This document shows, piece by piece, positions 1-13,138 of a stretch of 64,000 nt of DNA. Origin of the DNA: Chiloscyllium plagiosum (Eukaryota). The stretch's first letter is position 1; each line of letters opens with the position of its first letter. Both the position numbers and the translations under genes were made by a program. The stretch spans positions 13,175,277 through 13,239,276 of the forward strand of contig NC_057719.1 of the NCBI RefSeq assembly GCF_004010195.1, in the 5' to 3' direction. The notes below the pieces were generated by a model. It saw nothing but the letters and a program-made list of their open reading frames with translations, did no database searches and was not told where the DNA came from.

Positions 1-423
1 TTAGTAGCCACAGTAGCCACACGCAGACGACAAGCAACATGAATTCGACTGGGACAACACTACCATTATAGGGCAAGCCAAAGCCAGGGAATCAGACGAC
101 AAGCAACATGAATTCGACTGGGACAACACTACCATTATAGGGCAAGCCAAACAAAGAACAGCCAGGGAATTCCTAGAAGCATGGCACTCATCCACAAACT
201 CCATCAACAAACATATCGACCTGGACCCAATATACCGGCCACTACAGCGGACAGCTGAAACTGACAACCGGAAGCGGCAGGGACAGACCACTATAAACAC
301 CGAAGGAAACACCACAGAAGCGCTTCACAGGAGGCTCCCAAGCACTGAGGACGTCACCTAGACATAGACAGGGGACGAAACGTTTGCAACAAAAATTTCC
401 AGCTCGGCGAACAGAACCACAAC
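1..423 (+). mobile_element. Penelope-like element 3' end (GIY-YIG C-terminus plus pLTR), family A
   Basis: Encodes ...KQHEFDWDNTTIIGQAKQRTAREFLEAWHSSTNSINKHIDLDPIY; nearly identical to 19250-19594; carries an HHR. Confidence 0.9.
342..387 (+). ncRNA. Minimal type I hammerhead ribozyme motif (PLE family A)
   Basis: GCA-CUGAGGA-c-GUC...GAC-GAAA-CG-UU-UGC; stem I GCA/UGC, stem II closed by GUC/GAC. Confidence 0.75.
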
Positions 424-559
424 AGGGAATAGAGGGGTACAGAGCACATAGAAGCAAATAGATTTTAGTTTACAAATGCATCATGTGTTAGCACAGACTT
501 GGTGAGCCCAGGGGCCTGTATCTGTGTTATTCGCTCTTAAATGAACTGTAACAATTAAA

Positions 560-1975
560 GAATGCAGCTGAACTCTGCCTCCTTTGTTCAAGAAAGGGGT
601 AAAGGATAACCCAAGAAAATACAATTTGATGTCAATAGTGAAAAAACTGGCGGAGACTATAATGCGGGAGGAGATAAATATGCACTTAGATATAAAAAAA
701 TTAAGTCAACATGGCTTGGTCAAAGCAAGTCATGTCTCACAAATTTAACTGAGCTCTTTGTTGAGATGGCACAAGTGGGTGAGGGTAGTGCTGTAGATGT
801 TGCATATTTGAACTTGCAGAAAGCATTTGATATGGTGCCATATTGGTTAGCAAATTAGATACATTTTAGATTGATGGGTCCTTGCCAGCATGGACTAACA
901 GTTGGCAAAATGATAGCAAACAGAGGATCGATATAAATGGGCATTTCTCAAACTGGAGACAAGTTGAAAGTGATGTTCCCCAGGGATCGGTGTAGGGACT
1001 CTTGCTTTTTGATTTAGATAGCTGATTTTGAGATGGGTCTGAGGTTAAAATCTCTAAATTTGCAGATGGCACTAAGCCCAGGAGAATAAGAATTGTGAGG
1101 ATGAAGCTGAGTGACTGTAGAAGGACATTGACAAGTCAGACAAATGGGCAGACACCTTGCAGATGAATTTTAATCCAGAGAAATGTGAGGTAATGCATTT
1201 TGGTAGAAGAAACATGAGAGACAATACAGGCTCAATGGTACAACCCTGAGGGGAGTACAGGAGCAGATGGACCACAAAGTTCATCTGCGTAATTCTCCAG
1301 AGGAATGCCAGGCAATTTGAAGCAGTTGTTAAGAAGACTTATACTACCCTTGAGTTTATGAGTAGAGGCATAGAGTATAAAAACAAGGAAAGGAGGCTTC
1401 ACCTCTATAAATCATTGGTCAGATCACATTTGGAGCATTGTGTTCAGTTCTGTGCACCTTGATTAAAGAAGACTTTAAAGTTCTGGATAGAGTGCAAAGG
1501 AGATTTACTGGAATGATACCAAGAATGAAGGATTTTCAATGCAAGGTAAGGATAGAGAAATTGGGCTTATTTTCCTTGGAGCAGAGAAGATTAAGATCTT
1601 ATTGAGGTGTTCAAAATTATGAACAACTTTGACAGGTAAAGAAGGATATTCTGTTTCCACTAGTTGGTATGTCAGTAATCAGGGGGTCACAATTTCAAGA
1701 TTATCAGCAAACGAGCTAGGAATAAGATGAGGAGAATCAGCTTTATGCAGAGAGTTGTCAAAATTTGGAATGTGTTCATTGGAACAGTGATGGAAGTAGA
1801 GTCCATGGGAGATTTCAGAAAAGAGCTGGATATATATTTGAAAGTGATGATGTTAGGGGCTACAGCGATAAGGCTGGAGAGTGGGACTAACTGGGGAGCT
1901 CTTTCAGGAGCTGGTACAGACGTGATCAGTGAATGGCTTCCTTCTGTGTTGTAACACTCTATGTTTCTAAGATTC
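560..1975 (+). mobile_element. Old CR1-clade LINE fragment (RT to 3' UTR), degenerate
   Basis: Degraded KAFD, VPQGSV and KFAD motifs; CR1-type C-terminus (ORF 1727-1954); many stops. Confidence 0.85.
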
Positions 1976-2271
1976 TGAAGGGCAATCTGGAATGGGCATT
2001 AAATGCTAGTCCAACTGTTGATGGTCACATCCCATGAATGAATAAAAGAAGGAACCCAAAGGACTGGGCATCTCTCAATGGCATGTACAGATGGGAGGTG
2101 GGTAAACTACATTGCATTGACTTGAAAGGAATTTCACAGTGACTTGCATTCCAAGTTGTGGGTGTCACGAGGTGGTAATAGGACAGGTAGAGGAGGTGGT
2201 TAATTAGCTGAGGAAGAGGGTTTAAGTACAAGGAGTGTATGCGAGAAATGCATTAAAAGTTGGTTATACTA

Positions 2272-3738
2272 CAGGCAGCTGAGAGTGCAGTAGGTGGATA
2301 CAGGTGGAGGTAATGGTGATAGGTCGCAGGGGAGGTTGGGGTGGATAGGTGGGAAGAAAGATTGACAGATGGGACAGGTCATGAGGACAGTGCTGAGCTA
2401 GAAGGTTGGAACTGAGTTAAGGTGGGGGTAGGGGAAATGGGGAAACTGGTGAAATCCACATTGATGCCATGAGGTTGGAGGGTCCTGAGGCAAATGATGA
2501 GGCATTCTTCCTCCAGGCGTCGGGTGGTAACTTCACCAACACATTCCAAGCCAACCTTAAATTCACCTGGACCATCTCCGACACCTCCCACCCCTTCCTG
2601 GACCTCTCCATCTCCATCAATGGTGACCGAGTCAACACTGACATTTTCTACATAACCCACTGACTCCCACAGCTACCTGGATTACACCTCGTCCTGCAAA
2701 AATGCTATCACTTATTCCCTATTCCTCCGCCTCGGCCGCATCTGCTCCTAGGAGGACCAGATCCATCACAGAACACACCAGATGGCCTCCTTCTTTAAAG
2801 ACTGCAATTTCCCCTCCCACGTGGTTGATGATGCTCTCCATCGCATCTCATCCACATTCCGCACATCTGCCCTCAAACCGCACCACTCCAACCGCAACAA
2901 GGATAGAACCCCCCTCGTCCTCACTTTCCACCCTACCAACCTCTGCACGCATCATCCTCCACCATTTCCGCCACCTACAAACGGATCTCACCACCACAGA
3001 TATATTTCCCTCCCCACCCCTACCTGCTTTCCGTAAAGACTGTCAGTTCATGCCGCTTAACAACCCACCCTCTCCTCCTGGCACCTTCCCCTGCAGGAAT
3101 TGCAAAACCTGCGCCCCCTCACCACCATCCAAGGCCCCAAGGAAGCCTTCCACATCCGTCAAAGTTTCACCTGCACTTCCACACGTCATTTATTGTATCT
3201 GTTGCTCCTGATGTGGTCTCCTCTACATTGGGGAGACTGGACGCCTACTCACAGAGCACTTTAGAGAACATCTCTGGGACACCCACACCAACCAACCTCT
3301 CTGCCCCATGACCGAACACTTCAACTCCCCCTCCAACTCTGCCAAGGACATATAGGTCATGGGCCTCCTCTATCGCCATTCCCTAACTACCCAATGCCTG
3401 GAGGAAGAACACCTCATCTTCCACCTCGGGACCCTCCAACACCAGGGCATCAATGTGGATTTCACCAGTTTCCACATTTCCTCTCCTCCCACCTCACCCC
3501 AATTCCAACCTTCCAGTTCAGCACCGTCCTCATGACCTGTCCCACCTTTCCATCTTGCTTCCCATCTATCCGTTCCACACTCCCCTCCGACCTATCACCT
3601 TTACCCCCACCTCCATCCACCCATTGTACTCTCAGGTACCTTCCCCCCAACCCCATTCCCCTCCCATTTATCTCTCCACCCCCAAGGCTCCCAGCCTCAT
3701 TCCTGATGAAGGCCTTTTGCCCAAAACGTCAGTTTTTC
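2272..3738 (+). mobile_element. Penelope-like element (family B) with inverted 5' segment
   Basis: 2530-3738 encodes an RT C-terminal part (PFLDLSISI) and GIY-YIG (VIYCICCS*CGLLYIGETG), ending in a decayed HHR at 3699-3734; 2272-2530 is the reverse complement of about 3385-3640. Confidence 0.9.
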
Positions 3739-4767
3739 TGATCCAAGGCTATGGGCCAATTGCTGGAAAAAGGGGAAGGAATAGTTAGTTGTTTTGTTTT
3801 GACTGGCGCAGACTCAATGGACTGAAGGGCCTTTCTTCTGTGCTGCCGATCTCAATGACCCAGTACAGCCTAAGGTTGTGTTAGTGAAAAACCATTGCTC
3901 TTCAGTCCAGTTGCAAATCCAGTCCCTGCCTATGGTCCTTCAATACATTCTGATTGCTCCCAAGTGAAACAGATTTTAACAGAAACACAATAAGCATGTA
4001 AAATGTTACGAGGTCAATAATAAGCAGATACCAAGTAAAATAATTTATGGTGAGTACACGTCTCTGCGAACTGCGTGAAATGAAAAGAAAATTACAAGGA
4101 GGACTGGGTGATCTATAAACAGCTCTGGAAATGTCAATATCAACTGTTGTATGTAATACGTCTTTATAGAAATTAAAGTACACTTTCCATTTATAATCCT
4201 GTTGAGTCATCGCAACATAACAATAAATTCAAGTAAAGTATCCCTGTAAATGGAATTCAGGTAATAGTGTATGTCCAAAAGCTTTTCTGGTTATACCATC
4301 CAAATCCTCTAATTCACTGAGGGATCGTGTGAACGAGCAAATGAGCTACTTCATGTATTGCGGAGCGCAAATGCGCTTAAAGAAATATAACGGCGTGATT
4401 AAATCATTTTGCCAAATCAAGACTTATTGCCTACTCTGAACATCAACTCACCCGCAATGTCCATTTATTTTTTTATTTACTCCTGTGTCTTCCCCACCCT
4501 ATTAGTCTGTTAAAGACGCATGCTCTGTTTATGCCTCCTGTCCTTGAACTGATGCATAATTGACTGAGGCTAGAGTGAGCGTAGAGCGCTGAGGAGTTCT
4601 GAAAAGGTTTGAATTGATACAGCTGCGGCTTGTTCATCTCCGCTCATGATGTGTTAACACAATAACAAAAGCCCGGATGCTTGCATCGTAAAATAGAGAG
4701 TGAAGCTGCAGGGGTTGCTTTCATGACAATAGCAGAAGTGACAGCGTTGACAACAAGCAGAAATAAA

Positions 4768-5047
4768 AAAACCGAGAGAACTGAGGTTGCTGCAAATCAG
4801 AAACAAAAACAGAAATTGCTGGAAAAGCTCTGCAGATCTGGCAGCATCTGTGAAGACAAATCTTGGCAGAGCAGACTCGCATGGTCTAATTTTGCCCCCA
4901 TATCTTATGATTTTATGAAAATCAGAGTTAACATTTTGCATGCGGTGACCCTTCCTCAGAACTCTGTGTTTTGAGAAAGAGTCACTGGATCTGAAGTGCT
5001 AATTCTGATTTCTCTTCACAGACGCTGCCAGATCTGCTGAGCTTTTC
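4768..5047. mobile_element. Foldback PLE-derived pLTR element (family C), old
   Basis: Inverted arms (ctggaaaagctctgcagatctggcagcatctgtg / cacagacgctgccagatctgctgagcttttccag); flanking repeat cagaaataaa at 4758-4767 and 5048-5057. Confidence 0.7.
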
Positions 5048-5484
5048 CAGAAATAAACAGGAATTTGGGTGAAGAGCTGGGAGCTGGTTTAAATGAGGTG
5101 AGAGCTGGTCAGTCACAGAGCCTGGTAGATTGTGAGCTTACAATGTTCGGAACTGACGATGAAGTTGACATTCTGAAAAGGGGAGCAACTGGAGGTCATG
5201 TTATAATCAAATATTGGAAAGGTGATTAGCTGCAACTTTGGAGGGTTGCCACAACGAAACAGAACAAGTATCAACGGACAGGACAGACCAGTCCCAATTT
5301 CACTTTCCTTACACTAGTTAGTTTTACTCAAAGATTTGCAAGCTTTTATAGACAGCCTTTATTTGGGGTTGCCATCTTGCTGTACCTGGGAAAGGAACAC
5401 ATGATGTCCATTGAAAATCTACCCAGACCAGGAGGCACTGGAGGACATAGCAGAAAATAATGACCACTATTTGGTCACTTCCCT

Positions 5485-7015
5485 TTTATTTATTCACGGG
5501 GCATGGGTATCACTGGCTAGAATAGCATTCATTGCCCAACCCAAATTGTCCAGAGGGCAGTTAAGAGTCAGCCACACTGCTATGGCCTGGAGTCACATAT
5601 AGGCCAGACCGGGTGAGGATAGCAGTTTCCTTCCTTCAAATACATTGATAGGACAAGATATTGATAGATTATGTGAATGGGCAAAGCTGTGGCAGATGGA
5701 TGTTAATATAAGTAAGTGTGAGGTTATCCATTTTGGACTGACAGAGTATAGTTCAGGGTATTTTTTAAACTAAGGAATCCAACAAAGTTTAAGGTTCAGA
5801 TGCTGAAATCTTTAAAATGCCAAGAATTAGTGCAGAAAATGGTCAAGAAAGTGAATGGGAATTCTGGCCTTCTTACTGATTAGGAATGATTAGCCATGAT
5901 CATGTTGAATGGTGGTGCAGGCTCGAAGGGCTGAATGGCCTACTCCTGCACCTATTCTCTATTGTCTATTGTCTTATCTAAAGGGCTGGAATAGAGGGAT
6001 GTAGACGTTAAGCTGAGGTTATACAAGACCCTTTTTAGACCCCATTTAGAGTAATGTGAGCAGATCTGAGCACCACACCTTGTGTTTTGCCCCTGGAGGG
6101 AGTTACAAGGATGATATCTGCACTTCAGGGGTTGAGTTGTGAGGAGAGATCAGACAAATTAGGCCTTTCTTTTCCTCGAGAAATTAGAGGGTTAAGGAGT
6201 GATCGAATCAGGATATTAACAGGGAAAGACAGGGTAGATAAAGATAAAGATTTCCACTGTTTGAAGATTCTAAAACTGTCTAAGAAGTAGGGCTAGGCTT
6301 CTCAGGAAAGATGTTAGAAAGCACTTGTACACACAAAGAGAAGTGAATGTTTGGAACTCTCTTCCTCAAATGGCGATTGGTGCTGTTTCAGTTGTTAGAT
6401 TTAAACCTGAGATAGGCAACTTTTTACTAAGCAAGGGGTATCAAGTTATATGGGCCTAAGGCAAGCATGAGATTAGGCCACAGATCAGCCAATATCCTAT
6501 TGAAAGGCAGAGCAGGCGAAAGAGACTGAATGGCATACTCCTGTTCCTATGTTCCAATGGCATTAGTGAACTCGGTAATTTGTTTCCCCAATAATTCACA
6601 GCAGTTTCATGCTCATCATTAAACACTTAATTCCAGACTTTTACTGAATACAAATGCCACTATCTGGCATGGTGGCATTCAAACTGGAGACCCCACAACA
6701 TTACGTGGGGTTTTTGGTTAATTCATTCAAGGACTAGGCCAGCATTAACTGCCCACCTCTAAGTGTTAAGCATCAACCCTAAGAGTCACAAGTAGGCCAG
6801 ACCACATAATGATAGCAGATTTCCTCCCCTAAAGGATATTAGTGAACCAGATGAGTTTTTCCCGACACTCGACAATGGTTTCACTGTCACCATTTGACCC
6901 ATATTTCAATTTTTAAAACTTTAATTCAAATTGCACCATCTGCCATGGTAGGATTTGATCCCATGACCCCAGAACATTATCTGGGTCTCTGGATTAATAT
7001 TACCATCATCTTCCC
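5485..7015 (-). mobile_element. Two tRNA-headed SINE-like copies (family of 63493), the first split by a + strand CR1 3' fragment (about 5648-6556)
   Basis: Shared body tgactccagaccc / aactgccctctg on the minus strand; CR1 C-terminus (ORF 6087-6290) and cctatgtt tail. Confidence 0.7.
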
Positions 7016-7037
7016 AAATGACATTATTATTCATATT

Positions 7038-7299
7038 TCATAGAATCTCTACAGTACGGAAGAAGGCCATTCAGCCCATCAAAGCCACACTGACCTGTTG
7101 AAGAGCATCCCACCCAATCTCCTGTAACCCTGCAGTTATACATGGTCGATCCACCTAACCTGCATATCTTTTGACTGGGGGAGGAAAGCCACGCAGAAAC
7201 GGGGATAATGTGCAACTTCTACACAGATGGTTGTTCAGGGGTGGAAGCGAACCCATGTCCCTGATGCTGTGACACAGCCACTGAGCCAGCATGCCACCC
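7038..7299 (-). mobile_element. HE1/V-type SINE, degenerate
   Basis: Reverse complement similar to the 23794-24108 copy. Confidence 0.75.
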
Positions 7300-8174
7300 C
7301 TTGCTTCCATCAGGCTTGTGGGTAAGTCCTTTATTAGCTCTGTCCATGTGGATGGGAATGGTGAGACTGGGGCAATCCAGTGACCCTTTCCTCAGGTTAA
7401 AAGAAGTTAATACCATGGTTGCCTCATTTGAGTGCACAATCTAATGGTGTTTGAGATTGCGAGACCTTGTGTGTTGTTACAAAGCCTGGAATAAGTTGAC
7501 CACTGCTTTAAGACATTAGTGGCCCATGGGGACAGAAATCTAATTCCTCATCCATCTAGCACTTCAATATAGGTCACAGAGCTCCAGCTTTGAAAGCCCA
7601 GACATTGAACAAACAGCCACAACAGACTACGAGCAACATCCTTTCGAATTTCATATCATTGATTCATTCCAAAAGTAGTTTAGATCCCTATGGGGACGGA
7701 CAGGCCAACTAGCTAACAGGTGTTGTTTATGGATACAAGTTTTACTGTCAAATGACGTGCGCTAGTTTTGAACAGAACAGCAGCTTCTCATTATGGTTTT
7801 GATCAGTGAGCTGGAGGGAACACTAAGGAGTAACAAAACCCCCCTCTTTGAACAGGAATGTGGTCTATTCCGAGTTGAATAAAATGGAATGAGGTGGTAA
7901 TGGGAGGAGGCTGGTGCGGAGGGAGGGCTAGTCAACATCAGATCCGATTAAAAACTAAATACTGTGGATGCTAGAAATTGAAATCAAAGCAAAAAGAGGC
8001 TGGAGAATGCTTAGCAACTTAGGTCACATGTGTGGAGTAGTCACTTTGATTTATTACAGTCGCGTGCACCAAGATAGAGTGAAAAGTGTTGTCTTACGTG
8101 CTCTACAGGCAGATTGTACTATGCAAGTGCATCACTTGTTCTGTGCATTCGGTCAACTTGTTTTGAAACCAGAC

Positions 8175-8990
8175 TTTCAGATTTAGATTTTATTGTCACG
8201 TTTGCTCAAGTACAGGCGTACACTGAAAACAGTATAATGCTACAACACGTGGTGCCATCTTAGGTGAAAGTGAGGACTGCAGATGGGCTGAAGCAGGGCT
8301 TATGCCCGAAACGTCGATTCTCCTGCTCCTTGGATGCTGCCTGATCTGCTGCGCTTTTCCAGCAACACATTTTTCAGCCATCTTAGGTACCAAAGTGCGA
8401 AAAAACGTAGTTACAAAATAGTAAAAGAAACAAAGTTAAAAACGTTAAGCATTACCTTCATAGAATAAAGTAGAAAAGTAAAGAAATAAGGCCTTAGTTC
8501 ACTTTAAAGCCCTTCTTAATATAAACCGGAAAAACAAAGGAATACATTTAAAATCTAGCAATCTTTGATGAGTCCGCCGCATAGCTCGCTGTCCAGGAGA
8601 CTTCAGCTGCCTGTTCTTGATGCCACCACCACAGATAGTGGAGGAGCCTTCCTCACCACTCACTCTCCCCATGTCAGGCCGCGATGCCATTGTTGCTGCC
8701 AGCCCAATGACCCCCTGCTGCCTCCGGAACATTGCCGGGCAGAACCCACTCACACGCCAAGAGATCGCCATGTGCCGCTGAGAGAACGGGTCGACAGAGG
8801 GAGGTGGGGGGTTTGGGGGAGCTGCTGAGAGGATGCCCCACCAGGCGTCTGTGCTGAGGCTGGGAGTAAAGGAAAGAAGGAAAGAAACAACAAAAGAGAG
8901 AATAAAAAGGGAAAACGAGAGAGAGAAACGAGACAGAAACAAGGAAGCTGAGGCTGAAATCTCCTGCTCTGTCAGCCTGCCATCTTGGAT
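8175..8990 (-). mobile_element. Non-coding retroelement with CAAGATGGC at its 5' end and a LINE-like 3' tail
   Basis: Minus strand starts ccaagatggc (8979-8988), has a GC-rich body, ends gtgacaataaaatctaaatctgaa; related 3' ends at about 21915-22060 and 29390-29520. Confidence 0.5.
8266..8376 (+). mobile_element. 111-bp PLE-derived insertion (inverted 20-nt tail plus HHR arm)
   Basis: 12-bp TSD gccatcttaggt (8254-8265, 8377-8388); HHR ctgaagcagggcttatgcccgaaacgtcga with one core substitution. Confidence 0.85.
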
Positions 8991-9011
8991 ACATGGTTAG
9001 CCTCTAAAAGG

Positions 9012-9530
9012 GGGCCTACCTGCTATAGGAAGGATATTGTGAAACTTGAAACAATTCAGAAAGGATGTTGCCCGGGTTGGAGGGTTTGAGCTATAGGGAG
9101 AGGCTGAACAGGCTGGGGCTGTTTTCCCTGGAGCATCGGAGGCTGAGGGGTGACCTTAGAGAGATGTATAAAATCATGAGGGGCACGGATAGGATAAATA
9201 GACAAAGTCTCTTCCCTGGGGTGGGGGAGTCCAGAACTAGAGGCCATTGGTTTAGGCTGAGAGGAGAAAGATCTCAAAGGAACCTAAAGGCAACTTTTTC
9301 ACTCAGAGGGCGGTGCGCGTATGAAATGAGCTGCCAGAGGATGTGGTGGAGGCTGGTACAATTGCAACATTTAAAAGGCATCTGAATGGGTATATGAATA
9401 GGAAGGGTTTGGAGGGATATGAGCCAAGTGCTGGCAAATGGGACTAGATTAGTTTAGGATATCTGGTCAGCATGGACGAGTTGGACCAAAGGGTCTGCTT
9501 CAGCACTGTACATTTCTATGACTCTATGAC
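9012..9530 (+). mobile_element. CR1 LINE 3' fragment (HER1-like)
   Basis: MLPGLEGLSYRERLNRLGLFSLEHRRLRGDL; ends ctatgactctatgac. Confidence 0.92.
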
Positions 9531-10424
9531 TGGAGAGGGGGGGGCTGCAGATCCAGATGAAATTCTGGAGGCTGTCTATCCTTCCTCCAGAGTGTCAGTG
9601 GAACCTCATTAAGTATATTTAAGGCAGAGGTCAATAGAGATCAATCTAGATACTCTTAAAATCAAGGGGTATGATCTAGAGTTGGTTCGAATGGTGTAAT
9701 TCCTATGTTGCTACGTTCCTATGTGTCAGTCACTGGGTTTGGCTTCTGAGCCTATAAACTTCAAGCAAGACTACTCCCATAGAACTGTACCCTCACCTTT
9801 GTCCCAATGTCTTCAGCAGGAGATGCTTAGAGGGATACAGACTGGGTTCAATATCTCTGTCCTCCCAGTAAAGATCTCACAAAGACAGGAATATAGAGCA
9901 GGCTTCTCTTACCTATTGAGTGGGACTTTCTGGGAAACCAGGGCCACAATCTACAGGGAAGGCAGGAAAGGACATTTTTGATCCTTGATGAGATTTTGAA
10001 GCATTCTCCGGCAATGATATGGAGAGTGAGTCAGTGGGAGTTAGGTGTGCTGTTTGAAAAACAGACTAACTGTTCCCAATGCCAGTGATAGTCAAAGAGC
10101 CCACATATGCACAGGTGGCTCCCGTGAAGTCAGGCAGCTAGAACAGGACTTGTGTTGCCAGGCTACAGCTGTGCTACACTAAATGATGCCAGTCTGCCAT
10201 TGTTTAAATGGGCCTGCATACAATGGTGTGGTGCTTGGTTGTTCCTCGCGATGATGCAGATACACAAACGCACCATCAACTCCCCAGTCTCAGAGGGCAG
10301 CAACATGACTCTCAAGTATTAGCTATGAATTAAAGATAAAACAGCTGGCTGACAAATATTTGTTCTCAGAATGTTTCCCCACATTGTTAGACAGTAGAGT
10401 TGTTTCTTAGAATTCTACTTTCAT

Positions 10425-10745
10425 AGGCCTAGATCGGGTGGACAGTGAGACCCTTTTTCCTTGAATGGTGATGGATAGCACGAGGGAGCATAGCTTTAAA
10501 TTGAGGGACAATAAATATAGGACAGATGTTCAGAGGTAGCTTCTTTACTCAGAGAGTAGTAGGGGCATGGAACGCACTGCCTGCAACAGTGGTAGTCTCG
10601 TCAACTTTAAGGGCATTTAAATGGTCATTGGCTACGCGTATGGGGTGAGAATGGAATAGTGTAGGTTAGATGGGCTTCAGATTGGTTTCACAGGGTGGCG
10701 CAACATCGAGGGCTGGAGGGCCTGTACTACTCTGTTATACTCTAA
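10425..10745 (+). mobile_element. CR1 LINE 3' fragment
   Basis: Highly similar to 14620-14946. Confidence 0.85.
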
Positions 10746-11829
10746 AAAAAGATATAGAGATGAAAACTGTGTTGAATATGTGTAATCTCACCAAACTCCA
10801 CACATGCCTTGTAAGACTCCACACTCAAACACACATGAAGTAAAATATAGGCACTTTCCAGCCTTTTAAACTGTGTCCTGTAGTTGTTACTTGTACCAGT
10901 GTGAGCATACGGGACAGTGCCATCTTTGTGCCAGGCAAACTGTTGTTCTGCCACTTGGCAGCCAAGAGGCACAGCAATGCTGTGGTTTCTACGAACAATG
11001 TCATATAACTGCGGCGTTCCTGGTAAACACCGCCATTGGGAAACTGGGATCAGAAAGTCATGGTAGAGTTGATCCATGCAACTGGCCAGAAATCTGTGTG
11101 TTCCCTTTGATGAAGATGGCTTCTGAGTCTTTGTGATGGACAATGCCCTCACTCCCTGTTTGGGAGCTGTAACATTAACAGTTACACAATGCGGCAATGC
11201 TACAGAAGAACATCACTGACGAAGAGTGACCCTTTCATTTCTCAACACACGCTTGGCAGGTAGGGTTCCTCTGCTAGTTGGGATTCTTGTCCAGTACTCC
11301 ACAAGTGCAACCCCACTCAATAGGCATGGCAATCCTGTCCAGCAAGGTCCGACAGTCCTGCCTCGATTTCCGCTGGGTGAACACAGCCACCATAGTCACT
11401 CTCCTGAAGATGCCAATTTAGGATAAATATGGAAATTAATTTCCACACAGGTTTTCCAGCTTGTCTCTTCTAATCACAGCACAGAAACCAATGGCTACTC
11501 CATAAAATGGACGGGAAGTCATAGAGGGGTGGTGAGGGAATTGTAGAACATCATTACAACTGCCCCCCACTCACCTAACCACTGCCCCACAACCCTTCCC
11601 ACACTGTGCCCCATCTACACAAAACCCAGAGTCTTTGGGTAATGCCTAGGGCCTAAGTCTGGCTTTGAAATATCCAGTGTTCAGAAGAGCGAGGACACAC
11701 AGTCACCCCATAATCCCATTTAGCATGGCCAATCCAGCTAACTTGCACATCTTTGGACGGTCGGAGTTACCAGGGGAAAGCAGTGGGGTACAGGGCTCTG
11801 GCACAGAGTCTGTCCCTCCTGCTCAGAAG

Positions 11830-12350
11830 GGAAAGGGGAAGAGGAGCAGAGCAGTAGTCATTGGGGACTCCATAGTTAGGGGGACAGATAGGAGGTTCTG
11901 TGGGGATGAGAGAGACTCATGGTTGGTGTGTTGCCTCCCAGGTACCAGGGTTCGTGATGTCTTTGATCGTGTTTCTGGGATCCTTAAGAGAGGAGGGGGA
12001 GCCCCAAGTCGTGGTCCACATAGGCACCAACGACATTGGTAGGAAGAGAGATAGGAATTTAAGGCAGAAATTCAGGGAGGTAGGGTGGAAGCATAGTGTT
12101 AGAATGAACAGAGTTGTTGTCTCTGGTTTGTTGCCCGTGCCACATGCTAGCGAGATGAGGAATAGGGAAAGAGAGGAGTTGAACACATGGCTACAGGGAT
12201 GGTGCAGGAGGGAGGGTTTTGGAATCTTGGATAATTGTGGCTCTTTCTGGGGTAGGTGGGACCTCTACAAGCAGGATGGTCTTCATCTGAACCAGAGGGG
12301 CACCAATTTCCTGGGGGGGGAAATTCGCTAAGGCTATTGGGGTGAGTTTA
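11830..12350 (+). pseudogene. CR1 ORF1 SGNH/GDSL esterase domain, frameshifted
   Basis: GDS block in ORF 11665-12042; GTND and DxxH blocks in ORF 11900-12331. Confidence 0.9.
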
Positions 12351-12977
12351 AACTAATCCAGCAGGTGGATGGGAACCAAAATTGTTGTTCGAGTATAGAA
12401 AAGATTGAGAGTAGGGACGTCCAAAATCAAGTTTCAGGGACGCAAGATGGCACCAGCAAGCAAGAAGTTGGTTTGAAGTGTGTCTACTTCAACACCAGGA
12501 GCATCCGGAATAAGGTGGGTGAACTTGCAGCATTGGTTGGTACCTGGGACTTCGATATTGTGGCCACTTCGAAGACATGGTTAGAGCAGGGACAGGAATG
12601 GCTGTTTCAGGTTCCAGGATTTAGATATTTCAGTAAGAACAGAGAAGATGGTAAAAGAGGGGGAGATGTGGCATTATTGGTCAAGGACAGTATTACAGTT
12701 GCAGCAAGGATGTTTGGGGACTCGTCAACTGAGGTAGTATGGGCTGAAGTAGAAATAGGAAAGGAGAGGTCACCCTGTTGGGAGTTTTCTATAGGCTGCC
12801 GAATAGTTCCAGAGATGTAGAGGAAAGGATAGCAAAGATGATTCCCGATAGGAGTGAGAGAGACAGGGTAGTTTTCATGGGGACTTCAACTTTCCAAATA
12901 TTGACTGGGAACACTATAGTATGAGTACTATAGATGGGTCAGTTTTTGTCCAGTGTGTGCAGGAGGGCTTCCTGACA

Positions 12978-13138
12978 NNNNNNNNNNNNNNNNNNNNNNN
13001 NNNNNNNNNNNNNNNNNNNNNNNNNNNNNNNNNNNNNNNNNNNNNNNNNNNNNNNNNNNNNNNNNNNNNNNNNNNNNNNNNNNNNNNNNNNNNNNNNNNN
13101 NNNNNNNNNNNNNNNNNNNNNNNNNNNNNNNNNNNNNN
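12978..13138. other. Assembly gap (N run)
   Basis: 161 N. Confidence 1.

Noticed and set aside
10742..11426. ORFs of 151, 87 and 66 aa in unique sequence
   Set aside because: No recognisable motif or codon-level evidence.
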